A stretch of 64,000 nt of DNA from Paraspadella gotoi (GCA_051294375.1 CM119264.1:25174051-25238050), one strand, 5' to 3'. Counted from the stretch's first letter, positions 12,733-26,614 are shown. Notes: generated from the sequence alone by a model not told the origin. Program-made: numbers and translations.

Positions 12733-14051
12733 ATGGCGGAAGAAGTGAATTTTTTGGTTCGCGACGACGACGACGACGATGGAGGTAAGAAAAAAAGAAA
12801 AGAAAAGAAAAGAAAAGAAAAGAAAAGAAAAGAAAAGAAAAGAAAAGTGGAGGAATAGAAAATAAGGAAAAAGAGGAGAAACAAAAGAGAAATCGACAAA
12901 CAATCAAAATTAGAAAGAAAAGAAAAGAAGAGAAAATCGGTTTTCGTTTCAACGAAGAAAGAAAACTGTGACAGGAGTTAACAGAGCTAATCGGATGAAA
13001 GTTCGTCATTGGTAACCACGCAAGGAAAGCATGGTATGAAAGGCTGCCGAGAAAACATGACTTGATGCGCTGAAACGGCGCATGGATATTAGGTTAAACA
13101 GGTTATTTCGGGGCGTATGTAAATGACCTCATTAAATGAAGCTTGAACATTGCACAATGACCAAGTGGAGGATGTAATGTCATTACTTTTGCAACCTTTT
13201 CGCAATTGCGCCATGTAGGATTGCTATTATCACACGCGCTCATAAAATCGTAACCATAGTATTCCGCAGTAGGACTGCTCCAATGACAATGCGCCGACCA
13301 ATCCGATATTAAATATCATTTTCAATTTTTCCCCCTTCCCCTAATTAAGTCTCAACAGAAGATTGGATCAACGCGACGACGAACGCGACGACGACGCCAG
13401 AAACTTACCTTCCTTACCTATACTGTCCCACATACGAGAGGTCTGACCCGAAAGGAATCGACTTTATTTTCGTCGGGCCTGTCAGCCTCACCATCGGCGC
13501 CTTTGGTGAGTAAAAAAGTTTAGATTTCAAGAAATATGTGATGGAAATCTAATACAGGGACTTCAATCGGGACCGATACGAAAGGATTTGAATAATCTCG
13601 TATTTCTTTCACTGTACATTCATTTTTACAACATTTATTTGTGAGAAAACTACTTGACGTTTATGTTGACCTAAAAAAATGTTAAACTTTTTCTTCATTT
13701 TTTTTCGTCCAAATTTTAACAGTTTTTAACAATTTAATAAGTATTAATGCTGATTGTGAAGTTATCTAACATAAAAATGAAAATTTTTGGTGATACAAAG
13801 TCTGTTTGGTGAATTTTTTATTATAAAAAAAATTCTCGTGTAAAATCTAACTCATTTATTATGGTAACTATTATTTATCAACAAAATCATCTTTCAAAAT
13901 TTTTTTTCCCAAACCGAAATTTTTATTTTTAATAGATTTTAAAGAGAAAACGTGATGATTATTAAGTATTATTCATATTATTTTTTTTTATATTGTGGTT
14001 CATGATACATTTACTACAGTATCTTATTATTCATAAAATGGAAACTGAAGG

Positions 14052-14110
<59 letters not shown>

Positions 14111-14204
14111 TTGTAAACCTATAATTCACATGTCAAAAATTATCCCTATGACAACCTTAGAAATGAAAAAATGACGATTAAAAGTCAGTTATTGGCCAAA
14201 AAAA

Positions 14205-14263
<59 letters not shown>

Positions 14264-15053
14264 TTTTCTTTTTTTTTCTTTCTCTCTTTTTTCGCGTTTT
14301 CCTTCTTTTTCTTTTTCTATTTTTCTCTCTTCTATCGTCTTTCCCCATCTGATACATAGCTTGTTGTTCTGCTAAATTATTTTATTACAGCATTAATAAT
14401 GTTTCTTTTATCAAAATGATTGTTTTTACATAATCTTGAAAACTGCATGCTTTTTTCCACTTTAATTGGGGAGGGAACAAGCGTTTTCTCAACAATTTCA
14501 AAATTTCTTCGCTTGGGATTGAAAAAAAAAAGTCTCATTTTCGTTTTAAATATTTTGATACAAGTGGTAAAATCTAAATCCACCTCCGGCTTATTTTACC
14601 CCAAGAGATTTAAAATATTTTCCAACTAATTGCCAAGTTTAAATCGCTGGAGAAAAAAGCTTTCTTGAAAAAATAGAATTATGGAAAGAATTTACGTTCA
14701 TTTCATTTTTTAAAATTTTGATTTCATAAAGAATTTTGCCGGTTATATTTCGTTTGCAGAAGTGCACCAGACTGATAAGTATAAATTTGATACCAACGGT
14801 AAAAAATTTAACTGGAAAATAAAAAAAAACAAAAACAAGGACGACATTCTAAAAAACGCTTACTTGAATTTATAGCAAAATGGGCGTGCATTTCGTTGTG
14901 AACTGTTGTTGTTGTTGTCGTCGTTATCAATAACTTTGGAAACGAATTTTTTGACGAGAGATAAACAAACCTTTTCACTTTAAACCCAGAGTCAGGTGGC
15001 CGGAGAATTGGATGCAGATGAACCCTCTCTCTCTGACTCTCTCTCTCTCTCTC

Positions 15054-15136
<83 letters not shown>

Positions 15137-18100
15137 ACTAAATCGATTTATTTTGTTTGTTTTTTTCCTGAGGGAATTTCATTATTTCTTTATCGAACCG
15201 GGAATTTCATTTCAAGTTTTATTCATTTGACTTTGACGAGTTAAAAACGGCGAATGAGTTTAAATATAAGCGGAACAATAGATTTCGCTTGAGCCTTGAT
15301 ATAATTTCTTACCTGATTAGCGACCGACGATTGGTCAATGATTAATGATTGGTCAATGATTATTGGTCAAATTCTTCTTTTTGTTTTGCAGGAATCTTAG
15401 TCAATCTGATGACTTTAATCGTGTTGGGGAAACAGCATCAGTTCAAAGCCACACCGAAGGTGGGTGCCTGATGTTGGTTTACGTTTTGATTGGTCGACCG
15501 GCTCCAGCTGATTGGTTGGTGAAGATTGATAAATTTTGATTGGAGCTCTATGGTCACTTTGGTCAGATTGCCTGTTGATTTTTGTACTAGTAGGAAATAG
15601 TAAAAAGGAAAAAAAAAACTCTTTGGCAAGATATCGAATTTTTTCTGTAATAAGTTTCACGATATCATCTATGTAGTTTATGATGAAGATGATGGTTATC
15701 ACCATCATCTTCATGACGGTGATACAAAATAGTTGCATAATCGAGTTTTCCATCTTCAGATAATCATGATGACTCTGGCCATTTCCGACATCGTCGAGAT
15801 TATCAACCAGTGGCTTTTCTGGGGCGCAATTCGCTTCTTCGGTCGAAGGACGAATCCCGTCATCAATTTTTTCTTCTTGTAAGTCTATTCTTGTTTTTAA
15901 GAATTAAATTTAATATATCAATGAACTATTCTCTATTTTCCTCACGTTTCAGAAATCATAACTACATTCATCCAATTTATAGGACTCTAGTCACTTTTAA
16001 TCGAGGTAAGAAATTTAGTAAAAAAAATAAAAAATAAAAAAATAAATAAATTGGAATCAAAATGGGGGAGATGGGAAGCATGGTCAATAGTGAAACAAGC
16101 CCATATTTTAGTTAAAAGCGACTTTGGGTTTTATAACATTTTTTAAACAATTTATTGAACTGTTACCCTCAATATTGACCTTAAAATAAATTCATTATCT
16201 TGTCAGGCAGCACCAAAAATGTCAAATATTAACTATTGGTCAAACGTCCCGAAATTGACTTACCCCATATTGACAGGCCTCACCCTCCTAATGACGATCG
16301 ACCGTTGGTTCATCGTGTGTCGAACTCTTCTTGCCAATCGATGGTGGACGACCAGAAAAGTGACAGGCATCATCGCTGGTCTCGCCTTCTACTCCATTAT
16401 TATCAACATACCCAACGTTTTCGAGGTAAGGAGAGTAAGGCTTAATTTCTTGGCCATGATTTGGTTAGTAAAAACGCGTGAATTTTATGTCTCGGAATTT
16501 TGAGCCAATAACAATTTTCCCTTCGTAAGCTCTTTATATTAGTTCTTAAATGAATCCAACAGCATAACTAAAGTAATATAAAAAGTACAATTACATATTA
16601 ATTTAAATAAAATGATGTACTAGAAATTGTTAAAACGAACGCCAAATCTCAGGACGGATGAACCGCATGGGAAAAGAGATGAGAATCCTCCCGCCTTTTT
16701 AAAGTTTTAAATAGAATCAGTGTGAAAAATGTTAATCCCTCTCTCCTTACTCCATTGACCCAGAGTTGCTACTGATTAGCATTTTTTTTTTCTTGCTGTT
16801 AAAAAACTCCCCAGCGCAGGAACCGTCGCTAAGCGTTCGCGCGATTAGTCTTCATAATTTGCGTCAGGGGATTTCATTTTTTATCGCGATCGTAATCTCA
16901 GAGTCAAAGAAATATCTGGAGGAGGGTTACATTAGTATTGTAAAGTTGTATCTTAAAAAGTGCGGCGGTTGGGCGCTAATGAAATATATAACGGAATCAG
17001 CTTAACGCGTCTACGAAATTTGAAAGAAGAAGAATTTTTCAAACAATAAACAATACAATCAAATATAAGAAAAATGTTCTCCCTTTAACCTTTAACCGAA
17101 TGATAGCGTTTCAACTTTTGACCATCCGATACGCGAGTTACGCTAAAAAACAAAACAAAAAAAAACAAAAAGCAAAAAAACAAACCTATTGAGTAGAGGC
17201 GACGTTCCGTCTTTTCTTCCCGAGGCGGGGCGTCCCCCGATATGGTGATCCTTTCTTTACGATCGGCCTTCCTCTTCTTTTCGTACTTTAGCCATTTCCG
17301 GTTTTTGTAAAGAGGGCGTGTCTATTGAAAGTGAGAGATAAATAGAGAGGGAAAGTGGGCGGCTCATGAAGCCCTCCCCCCATCTCCCCTCCCCACTACC
17401 CGCAAAAAAAAAAGAAAGAAAAAACATAAATAAAGGAGCGTCTAGCCAAAGCGGTACGGTTTGCCTAAAAGTGTGATATTTTGAATCCGGTTGAGGTGTT
17501 TGGCGTCTTTCTGAGACCAAAAGAATTTAGTGAGAGAAAGAGTAACTTGTTTCCTTACCCATCTTCCCGTCATTTTTTCTCCACTCTTCTATCTTTCTGA
17601 ATTCTGACCCTCACGGCCTACGGGCCTCTGCTCTTTCCTCTCGACTAATTAAAGTACATGTCTTCTAATTAGGGTTCCGTTAACCGTTAATTTTTGAGGA
17701 ACTTCGCTTAACCGTTAAAACTAACGTTTTTAACGGTTAACCGTTAAAATCGGTTAATTTTATATATTAATTTTAAATATTAATATTCGAAACTAACTAA
17801 AGTATTTAATGGTATTTTCTCCTTAACTCCGGCTACTGAATCGTCTTTATCTTTATTTCAGATAGATGAGGTACACATTATAGTTGATAAATGAGAAAAT
17901 TGGTTTGAAAAAACAGCATTATAATAAATTTTTCTTTTGCCTCATAGCATAATAAAAATATGAAAAAAGACAATGAAAGAAAAAGCACAATGTAATTTTA
18001 ATTCTGTATATTTTGTTTTCTCTTTCTCTCTTTTTCTTTCTTTCTTTCGTTTTCGCTCTTTCTTTTTTTATTTCTCTTCCTCATTATTTTTATAGTTGTT

Positions 18101-20140
18101 AGTTTCTTGAAAGCATGTTTTCTGTTGTTAGTCTTTCATAAACCATGACCATAAATAAAATATAATTAGGAATATTGTGTTAAGACTTTCTTTTCGTTGC
18201 GTTTATAGTTAAGTGAAAGCAAAGTTTATTTGTTTACAAACAACAGGTTTTTATTTAAAAAAAAAGGACATGTTTCGACTCTCACGCGCTGATGTAGACT
18301 CGGAAAAACTAGAGTCGAAACATGGCCGTTTTTTGGAATAAAAACCCGTTGTTTGTAAACAAATAAACTTTGTTTTCTCTTAATTACGAATATAACATAT
18401 AACATTTATTAATTGAATGGTTGAATGATCAAAAAATTGAAACAAAAAAGCTAAAAAAAGGAAAATAAGAAAGATTATTTATTTTTTATTAGCAAAATAG
18501 AATATTATTGCATGTAAAAATTTGATTTGAAAAAAAATATATGCAGATGCATATTATATTTCAAAATATTCTTTGATGTAAATGTATAAAATTAGCTGAA
18601 AGGAAAAACGAAAACAATTGGGAGAAAGTAAGTAAAAAAAACCGAAAGGGCAGAAAAAAATGATAATAGATTAGGATAGAAAAAGATTAAAAGGGTTGAA
18701 AATAACAAAGAAAAAAAAGGGGAAAATGTAGAACAGAGAGAGGGGGAAAAATATAGTGAGAAAGGAAGAGGAGAATAAGGAAAAAAAATTGTTTTCTTAA
18801 AAAATCAAAGTTTTCATAACAAAAATCATACTTGAAAATTAACCGAATTTAACCGTTAAAATAAATATATTAACGGTTAAGTTAAAATTATTTTAACCGT
18901 TAACTGTTAACGGTTATCGGAACCCTACTTCTAATCTGTCCCCAGTACAAGCAGAAGGTGAAGCCCTGCATCGACAGATTCACGATGCAGAACTCAACCT
19001 ACTCGTTGCTTCTGTCTCACGGTTCACTGTTGGGCTGCAATGATTACTTCATTTGGATTTACGTCACTGTTTTTCACACAGGTGATTTGAAAGAGGGAAA
19101 GATAGAGAGAAAAAAAAAGGAAAGAAAGAAAGAAAGAAAGAAAAAAGTAAGAAAAAAGAAAAAAAGAGAGATAGAAGAAGTACGAAAGAAATAAATAAAA
19201 AAAAAGAGAGAAATAGAAAGAAAGAGAGAAGGAAAAAAAAGAGAAATAAATAAATATAAAAAACAAAGAAGGAAAAAAAGAATCAAAGAAGGAAACAGAG
19301 ATCGATCGATCATCTTTCCTCATTTATCACCAGGTGTCATCACAATTCTTCCTTGCATTCTCATGATCGTCTTCAACGCGCTGACGATTCGAAATCTCGT
19401 CAGAAACATGGAGCATCGCATAGGAGAAAAAAGGCAGGGACTCCGCCGCATCGGCGGAAGCGGTCGCTGCGGCGGAAGCGATCGCAACGGCGAAAGCGGA
19501 AAAAGAAACGGAGCGGAGAAGAAGGCGAACGGCGGTGGGCGAACGCTGCTGCGGACGCATTCACAGACGCCCGATGTGAACAGGAGCATCACGATCATGT
19601 GCATCGCGGTGACCATCGTGTTCGTCATCTTGCAAACGCCATACACGGGTAAGAAGTTCGCGAAGGACAACACGGTGAAGCCGAGATAGTCTCGCTCACT
19701 CTCTCAGAAAACGTTCACTTAACTGTTCACAGTATATGTTTTTTAACGCAAATTTTGTATTGGGATTTTTCGTTTCTTGCTATTGAGATCTCTGCCTTCC
19801 ATAAATTTTTTCATCATTTCCTTAATAAACCTCGGAACTTAATCAATTTTTTAATCTAAACGCTAAAAATATTAATGTGTGTTTATCGATTTCCCTTCTG
19901 CAGTCCACAACATCGGAAACACAATCTACTATCGTCTTCCCTCGTGTCGAGATATAGAATGCAAAGAGAGAGAGAGATGCGAGGAGATCGACCGCGTGAG
20001 CAACATGACAGAACGAAGAAAATGCTTTGAATCTTGCATGACAAAACAGGTCAATGATCTTTTTAAGAAAATATTAATAAAGAAATAAGTAGTAAATAAA
20101 TAAACCAATAAATGAATAAATAAATAAATAAATAAACCAA

Positions 20141-20215
<75 letters not shown>

Positions 20216-21488
20216 ATGAAAAATAAATAAAAAATGAATAAAAAATTAAAAAAAAATAAAATAAAAAAAAATAAAAAATTAAAAAAATAAATAAAAAATA
20301 AATAAAAATAAATAAAAAATAAATAAAAAATAAATAAATAAATAAATTAATTAATTAATTAAATGTTGTTGAAGACACACACCATTGAAGTGGGATTTTC
20401 CTATTTCCCTCTTATTTTTTGTACCATTTTCACTCTAGACTTCTTTAAAAAACGCATATTTGAATCAAAATATTGGCCAAAAAAAACCCCATAAAATTGA
20501 ATTGTAATTCCTACTTCGAATTGCTAAAATACGAATATTATTTTATCGTTAAAAGCAATCTATTGTCCTCTTTTCTAAACCGCAGAAAACGAGTTTCGAA
20601 AATCATTACTTCAAGGCAATCGTCAGCACTTGCCTCATGTTAAACAGCTCCGTCAACGGTCTTATTTATTTTTGCGCCGGTAGGTAGATTGATTAATTAG
20701 GATAGTTAACAGATTAATTGATAAGTTATTGAATAATTTATTTTATTTTACGAACGGTTGGTCTAAGCTATATCGTAGACATGTCGGATTAAGTAAAATA
20801 CCAAGATTTTATAACTAATTCTAGAAAAATACATTGGTCCATCTTTGTCCACCCTTTGTCTTCCACATTTGTCCATCTTTGTCCACTTTTTGTGCTCCAT
20901 TTTTTTTCGATTCAGGTTCGTCCTTTCGCCAGAAATTCTTCGACATCTTCATGCCCTGGCGCCATCGATTTGGTCGCCGCGCCTCCGCCGGCATTGATCT
21001 CAGCAACTCGGCCAGTAAGAACGACGCCTCGGGCCATATCATTTTTCTTCAAAAAATATTCCTTAAAAATACAGAAAAATCACTTTTCTATAAGAAATTT
21101 TTCAGTCACCTTTAAACACTTAATTATTATAATATCGGTTTTAGTATGACGTACTAGTACTAGTAAATACTATTAATTAGTAAATACCCTACATGGATTC
21201 TTTCCCATCCTTTTCTCAGGTTCAACTCGAGTCCGAACTTTCTCCGCCTCAAAAACGGATTCACTCAAAGCTTTCGCCGCCAAACCTTTCCTACTCTCCT
21301 CCCCCGCTCCCTCCCATCCTCACCACAACTCGATCCCCTGCTCGTTCCCCAATCCCCTGCCTCCGTCCCTCGCCCCCGCTTCTTCCGAACCCCCGATTCC
21401 TCTGAAGACTTTAAACCAACTTCCGTCGAACGACGAGGAAATTCCCCACGATGTTCACCCGGACGTTTTTCGAGATGTTTCCTTATAA
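12733..21488 (+). CDS. Class A (rhodopsin-like) 7TM GPCR, FMRFamide/peptide-receptor-like, about 548 aa
   Basis: Twelve GT-AG coding exons, all phase-compatible: 12733-12784, 13359-13505, 15392-15459, 15760-15878, 15953-16005, 16277-16425, 18946-19081, 19334-19648, 19904-20049, 20586-20679, 20916-21014, 21220-21488 (1647 nt). Motifs: two N-terminal NAT sequons, TM1 GILVN, TM2 LAISD, TM3 TIDRW, TM4 INIP, TM5 LP...FN, TM6 ITIMC...F...QTP, TM7 LNSSVNGLIY, helix-8 FR. Confidence 0.9.
14052..14110. repeat. (TAA)n microsatellite
   Basis: Read directly. Confidence 0.95.
17670..18927. mobile_element. Non-autonomous hAT DNA transposon in a GPCR intron
   Basis: Termini TAGGGTTCCG...CGGAACCCTA, subterminal TTAACCG/CGGTTAA repeats, exact 8-bp TSD CTTCTAAT (17662-17669 and 18928-18935), no transposase ORF. 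Confidence 0.85.
18181..18383 (+). mobile_element. Fold-back element with Penelope-type minimal hammerhead-like core, nested in the hAT element
   Basis: About 70-bp inverted arms (18209-18282 and 18311-18383). Core CTGATG-TA-GACTC-loop-GAGTC-GAAAC-ATG. Flanking TTTCTTTTCGTTG tail. Confidence 0.55.
20093..20350. repeat. (AAAT)n microsatellite/A-rich tract (a similar tract at about 56970-57170)
   Basis: Read directly. Confidence 0.9.
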
Positions 21489-21907
21489 AAAAAAAAAAAT
21501 TATGCATCTGCCCTATACTTTGTGTTTAATTTCTTTATTACTTGTAGTATTACATTCGTATTCTCTTAGTATTTGATGTTTTGGCATTTATTCGATGTGG
21601 ACCAGTTATTTAAATTCAAATTTTGTGTTTCGTGATTACAGTTTCCCAATTTTGACCTCGAGACCTTCCGAATTTTTAGTTTTTTTGAATTAAATTGAAT
21701 GGAGGCAATATGTATCAAACAGAAGTTAAATAAATTACTAAATATTTTAGTTCAGGATCGGGACCAGGCAAAAGCCCAATATTATGCAATATTAAGAATC
21801 CCGGTCTTGAGATTAAAGAAACATTTTTTTGAGAATCTTTATGGAAATCTTATTAGCTAATTATCTATTGAGAGGCATTGAGACTAGACAAGATCGCTTT
21901 TTTCTCA

Positions 21908-21989
<82 letters not shown>

Positions 21990-22318
21990 CTCCATACTAC
22001 TGATTCCGGATAAAACGATCTTGCCATCCGCCATCTTCAAATGAATCTGCCTCATCTCATCCTTTTGTATGTCTTAATCATTTTAATTCAATTAAAACAA
22101 AAAGTAATTGATTGATATTTGAATAATTTCGTACACTGTACAAATTGTAAGACAGATTTATACAAAAACGTAGAAGTCTACTAATGCCCCAATACCACAA
22201 AAACAAATCATCCAAGTTTTTTTTTCATGCTGACAGACTCGTGCTAAGAATTAATTAATTAATCTTTAATCTTAATTAATTACTTAATTAATTAATCTCA
22301 TTTTAATCTTTTTTTGGT

Positions 22319-25300
22319 TCATTGAAATCGAATCGAGTGAATTCTCAAATCTCCGTCGACAGTCAAAGTATCGATTCTGTGAAAAAAAGAAAATAATGAT
22401 AAAAATAACGAAGTCAAATACTTTTACGGTATTATTGAATATATAAATAATAATGGTTAGTTATTTTTTTGGTTTCTATCTAACATCGCAGGAGATGGTC
22501 ATCAAAAGTCATCTCGTTTTCTAGGGTGCCAAGATTCTTCACTTTTCTGTTTATTCGTCAACCGTTAAAGAGCACTATTGAGTATTGTCATAGGCAAAAC
22601 TTAGTCATATTATACAACGCTACAGTGACTGGCAAAGCTTGACACGGAGTGCAAGACTTTACTTACCTCGACAGCGGCCTGAGGCGATGCGAGTAGGAGA
22701 CGAAATGTTGTCCGTTGATCCCGAGTTTGAATCCATCAGGCTCGCAGAAAATGACTAACGAAAACTCCTGGTCGAGTCTGCAAATTGGCAAGCAGTTAAC
22801 AAATTGGCAAGCAGTTCACAAATTGGCAAGCAGTTCTAACTTATTGAAAATCCCAATTCTTATTAGCTATTTAAAAAAAACTTAAAAAATATTGGTAAAC
22901 ATAGTATTTAATCTAATTTACTTGAAGGGATAGTTGGGATCCACGTTCGCCATGGGCGTGCTGCCTCGCCTCGCCGTCGTGATGCTCAATGGGATCATGG
23001 AACCGCGACGAATATCCGCCACGGTGGGGCTCGTACTTCCTGCCTTTAGGAACGATTAGTTCATTTAATTAATCGTAATTGATTTTTGGAATAGTTTATG
23101 ATTAGTTTCTTTTTATAATAATTTTATTCATCCGATTGTTTTGATTGATTTGATTGATTTGATTGATTTGATTGATTTGATTGATTTGATTGATTCGATT
23201 GATCGATTTTGTGATGTTTGTAGTCGGCCATTGCATAAGTTCACCCCGCCTATAAGCAGTCGTGACCCGGTGGCTCATTGAGTAAAGCCGTCAGCTCAAG
23301 ACCACGAGTTACCGGGTTCAATCTCAACCCGGTTCCTACCCTGAGGACGTCCGTAAGCCGCCTTGGGGTCGTGGAAAACCCTGAAGCCCAGGACCCGTTC
23401 CATGGCTGCTAGAGGGGGTTAAAGATGTTCCGTCTAGCACTCTTCAGCCCCACTTAACGCCTTATCCACAATTTGTATTAAAACCAAAATCAAGGACATT
23501 TCGAGTTTTTCCACTTCGCTTATTTGAATACTGGATCAGCGACGATCGGGACAAAGAACGAAATAATTTGAAAGCAAACAACAGTCAAATGTTTTCGATC
23601 TTATTTTGGCGTGAAAAAAAAAGTTTCTCTGCAACATATATTTAATTTTTCCAAGGTTGAAGAAAATCAACGTTCGAAGAGCTTTCCTTTCATTTGTCTT
23701 CACGCCCGCGGAGACGAACGTTCGTGATTTCACCCGGTCGAACTGCTTAACGTAAGCTTCCAAGAGAAAACGTCGCGAATAAAAATATGAGACTTTTATT
23801 GTAAAACAAATATTTCCTGAGAAACTCGTAAATACGGAGTTTCTTCCGGGCGAAACAATATTAGTGAGATTTCAAGCAAAACTAAAAAATGATCGAAAAT
23901 AGAAAAAAAAATATATACATTTCAATTTGAAAATAAGTTTAAGTGGGAAAATATCGACAATCGACAATTGACAAGCCACGTGTAATCTTTGCGTCCAAAT
24001 GCCGTTGTTTAAATTTTTGTTTGACTTTTTTAGCTAAAATATTTAGGGTAAACGAGACTTTTTTTTATATTTTTTTATTTTTTGGCCTTCTCAATCTTTT
24101 CTGCAAATTATTTTTTTTTACAAGTCATTTTAGAAATATCACTTCAACTTTCCCAAACTAAAACTCTAATCCATAACTACATTGTTTGACGTCAAAATCG
24201 ACCCCAAAAAATGTTTCCCCGCCTCCTCTTCGCTCTTCTCTTCATGCACGCGATGGTCCTCTGCTGGAGCTGGCTGGACATCCTCCCCCTCTCGCTGAGG
24301 TCGGGCATGGACTGGCTCACCATGTTGACCACGGTGGCCCTCTTCTCCGTCTCATATTCCGCGCCGTTAGCCGTTTACTTTCGCCGGTCGCCGCTGGGCG
24401 ACGCGGGTCTCTCGACCTGGAGCCGCGTCCATCTCGTGCTGGCACCTGCGTCGGACGTTTTCGCCAAGGTGCTGGTCTATTTTGCGGTGCGAGGATGTCC
24501 GGCCGGCGACGCCGTGACGCTCTGGTGTCTCTTCGTCCTGTGGACGGTCGTCTTCGTAGCGGCGTCGCGTCGAAAGGCGCCGAGCCTCGTCGTCGTCGGC
24601 GCTGTTTTGCTCACTTTCGTCGGCGCCGTCCTGATTTACAAGCCGACCTTCGTCTTTGGCGGCGATGGCAACGACGACGACGACTTCCCCCAAAAGAAAC
24701 TCTATTACATCCTGGCTTTCGCAACTTCTCTTCCGTATGCTTACATCATCGCAGTGAACGACTACCTTTTACGCGACGGAAACGTTCACTGGTCCGTTAG
24801 GGCGGTTCGAAATTAAGCTTTAGCTTTAATTTGTTTTATTTTTATTTTATTAAAAAAAGTATTATGATAAAACTTTAAAATAGATGAAATATGATTTAAT
24901 TAATTCTTAATTAATGAATAAGATTTCGTTTTCTCCCAAGAATTACATTTATTTTGTAAAACAATTTTATTTGAAAACAACTTCGAATATTTCGAAAATT
25001 TCGAACCACCCTACCGGTCTGTATACCACGTCAACGTCTCCGTCGTTCTCATTGTCGTCGTCGTCGTCGGGTGGGCGTGTCGGCCATCGCCGAGCCTCGA
25101 TCTCGTCGCCGACTGGAGCGCCTTCGACGCTCTGGGCGTGGCCGTCTACGGCGCCCTCGACGTCCTGGGCCGCGTATGCTACATATTCGCCGCCGAGACG
25201 GTGGCCGGAGACGTTCTGGCCGTCTTCTCAACGCTGGAGATCCCCGTCACTTACGCGCTGGGGTTCTTCTTTCTACATCAACAGCCAGACGCTGTGGGTC

Positions 25301-26563
25301 TCTGCGGAGCGGCGCTCATCTTCTGCGCCATCTTCGCCCTCAACGTAAAGGACGTCGTCGACAACAGAAAAGGAGGAGGAGGAGGAGGAGGAGGAGGAGG
25401 AGCAGAGAGGAGATGCGATCTCTCGTGTTGCGGTTCGACGTGAACAGAAGGATCGATTTGAAAATTAAGAGCGACTTGGATCGTGAGTCGTGACAATTTA
25501 TATCTTAACTCCGAGTATATATTCATTTCTGTGAGTTTATCTTCCTCTAGAAGTAGTGTAGTTGTTTTGGGTTTGTTTTTTTTGGGCATATTTTGTAAAT
25601 ATTTTTTAGATTGTTTGATTGATTGATTTGAGGAATTTTTTATTTTTTTTATTGACAGATTTAATTGAATAATTTTATACAGGTTGAATACGTGATTAAT
25701 TTTGTGATTTGAGGCTAAAATGACAATTTTATGTAAGTAATTATAATTACCCAGGGATTTCAAGACCCTCTTCTTGGCGTGTTGCCAGTGCGCCCCGCAT
25801 CTTCGCGTTAACGAGACATCCTGCTCCTCCAAATGAGGTTTGATGTAGAGAGCGACGTCGGAACCCGAGGAGCATTTCAAGTTTAGTTCCAGACTGAAAA
25901 TCGTCGGGAATAAATTAGAGTTTGATTTCTCTCTCTCTCTATCATCTCGTCTCTACTCTCTCTCCATCTCTCTCTTCTCTCTTTTCTCTCGTCTCTCTTC
26001 TCTTCTTATCTCTCTCTCTCTCTTCTCTTCTCTCTCGCCCCCGCCCATTACTAGAATGAAAATGTTTATCTTTCGCTTACTTTTCTCTCTCTTTTTTCCC
26101 AATATAAATGATTTATAATTTAATTATTGTTGTTGTATTCAAAAGTTAAAAAAGTTTTGATATTGTAGAGTGCTCGCTAAAAATTTTGGTCACCTCTTGG
26201 AGCGGGCCTTTTGTCTCTGCACGGTCATTGCCGCTGATCATAGACTCATCACTTCCCGATAAAGTCGAGCGGAATTGCTGGCTGACGAAACGGAACGTCG
26301 GGAGTTTGAAGAAGGAGATGCTGACGAGGCGTCGAAGTAGAGGATGGCGGCGCATCGAAGTTCCCGTACGAGGAGGCACGCCCCTCGCGCGTCGCGTCGC
26401 CACGTGTAGATGTCGCCGCCGACCTTGGGGTGTGATAATATTCAATTATTAAACGACTTTAAATACTTCCATAATTGGTTAAGACACCAGCCTCTATTTT
26501 GATTTTGAATAACTTCGCTGTCATTTATCAAGCAGGCAAGAATAAGCGATGGAGAGAGGAGAG

Positions 26564-26614
<51 letters not shown>

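Noticed and set aside
22781-22836. Short direct repeats considered as a CRISPR-like array (also 3048-3236)
   Set aside because: Units are contiguous with no unique spacers, in a eukaryotic context with no cas genes.
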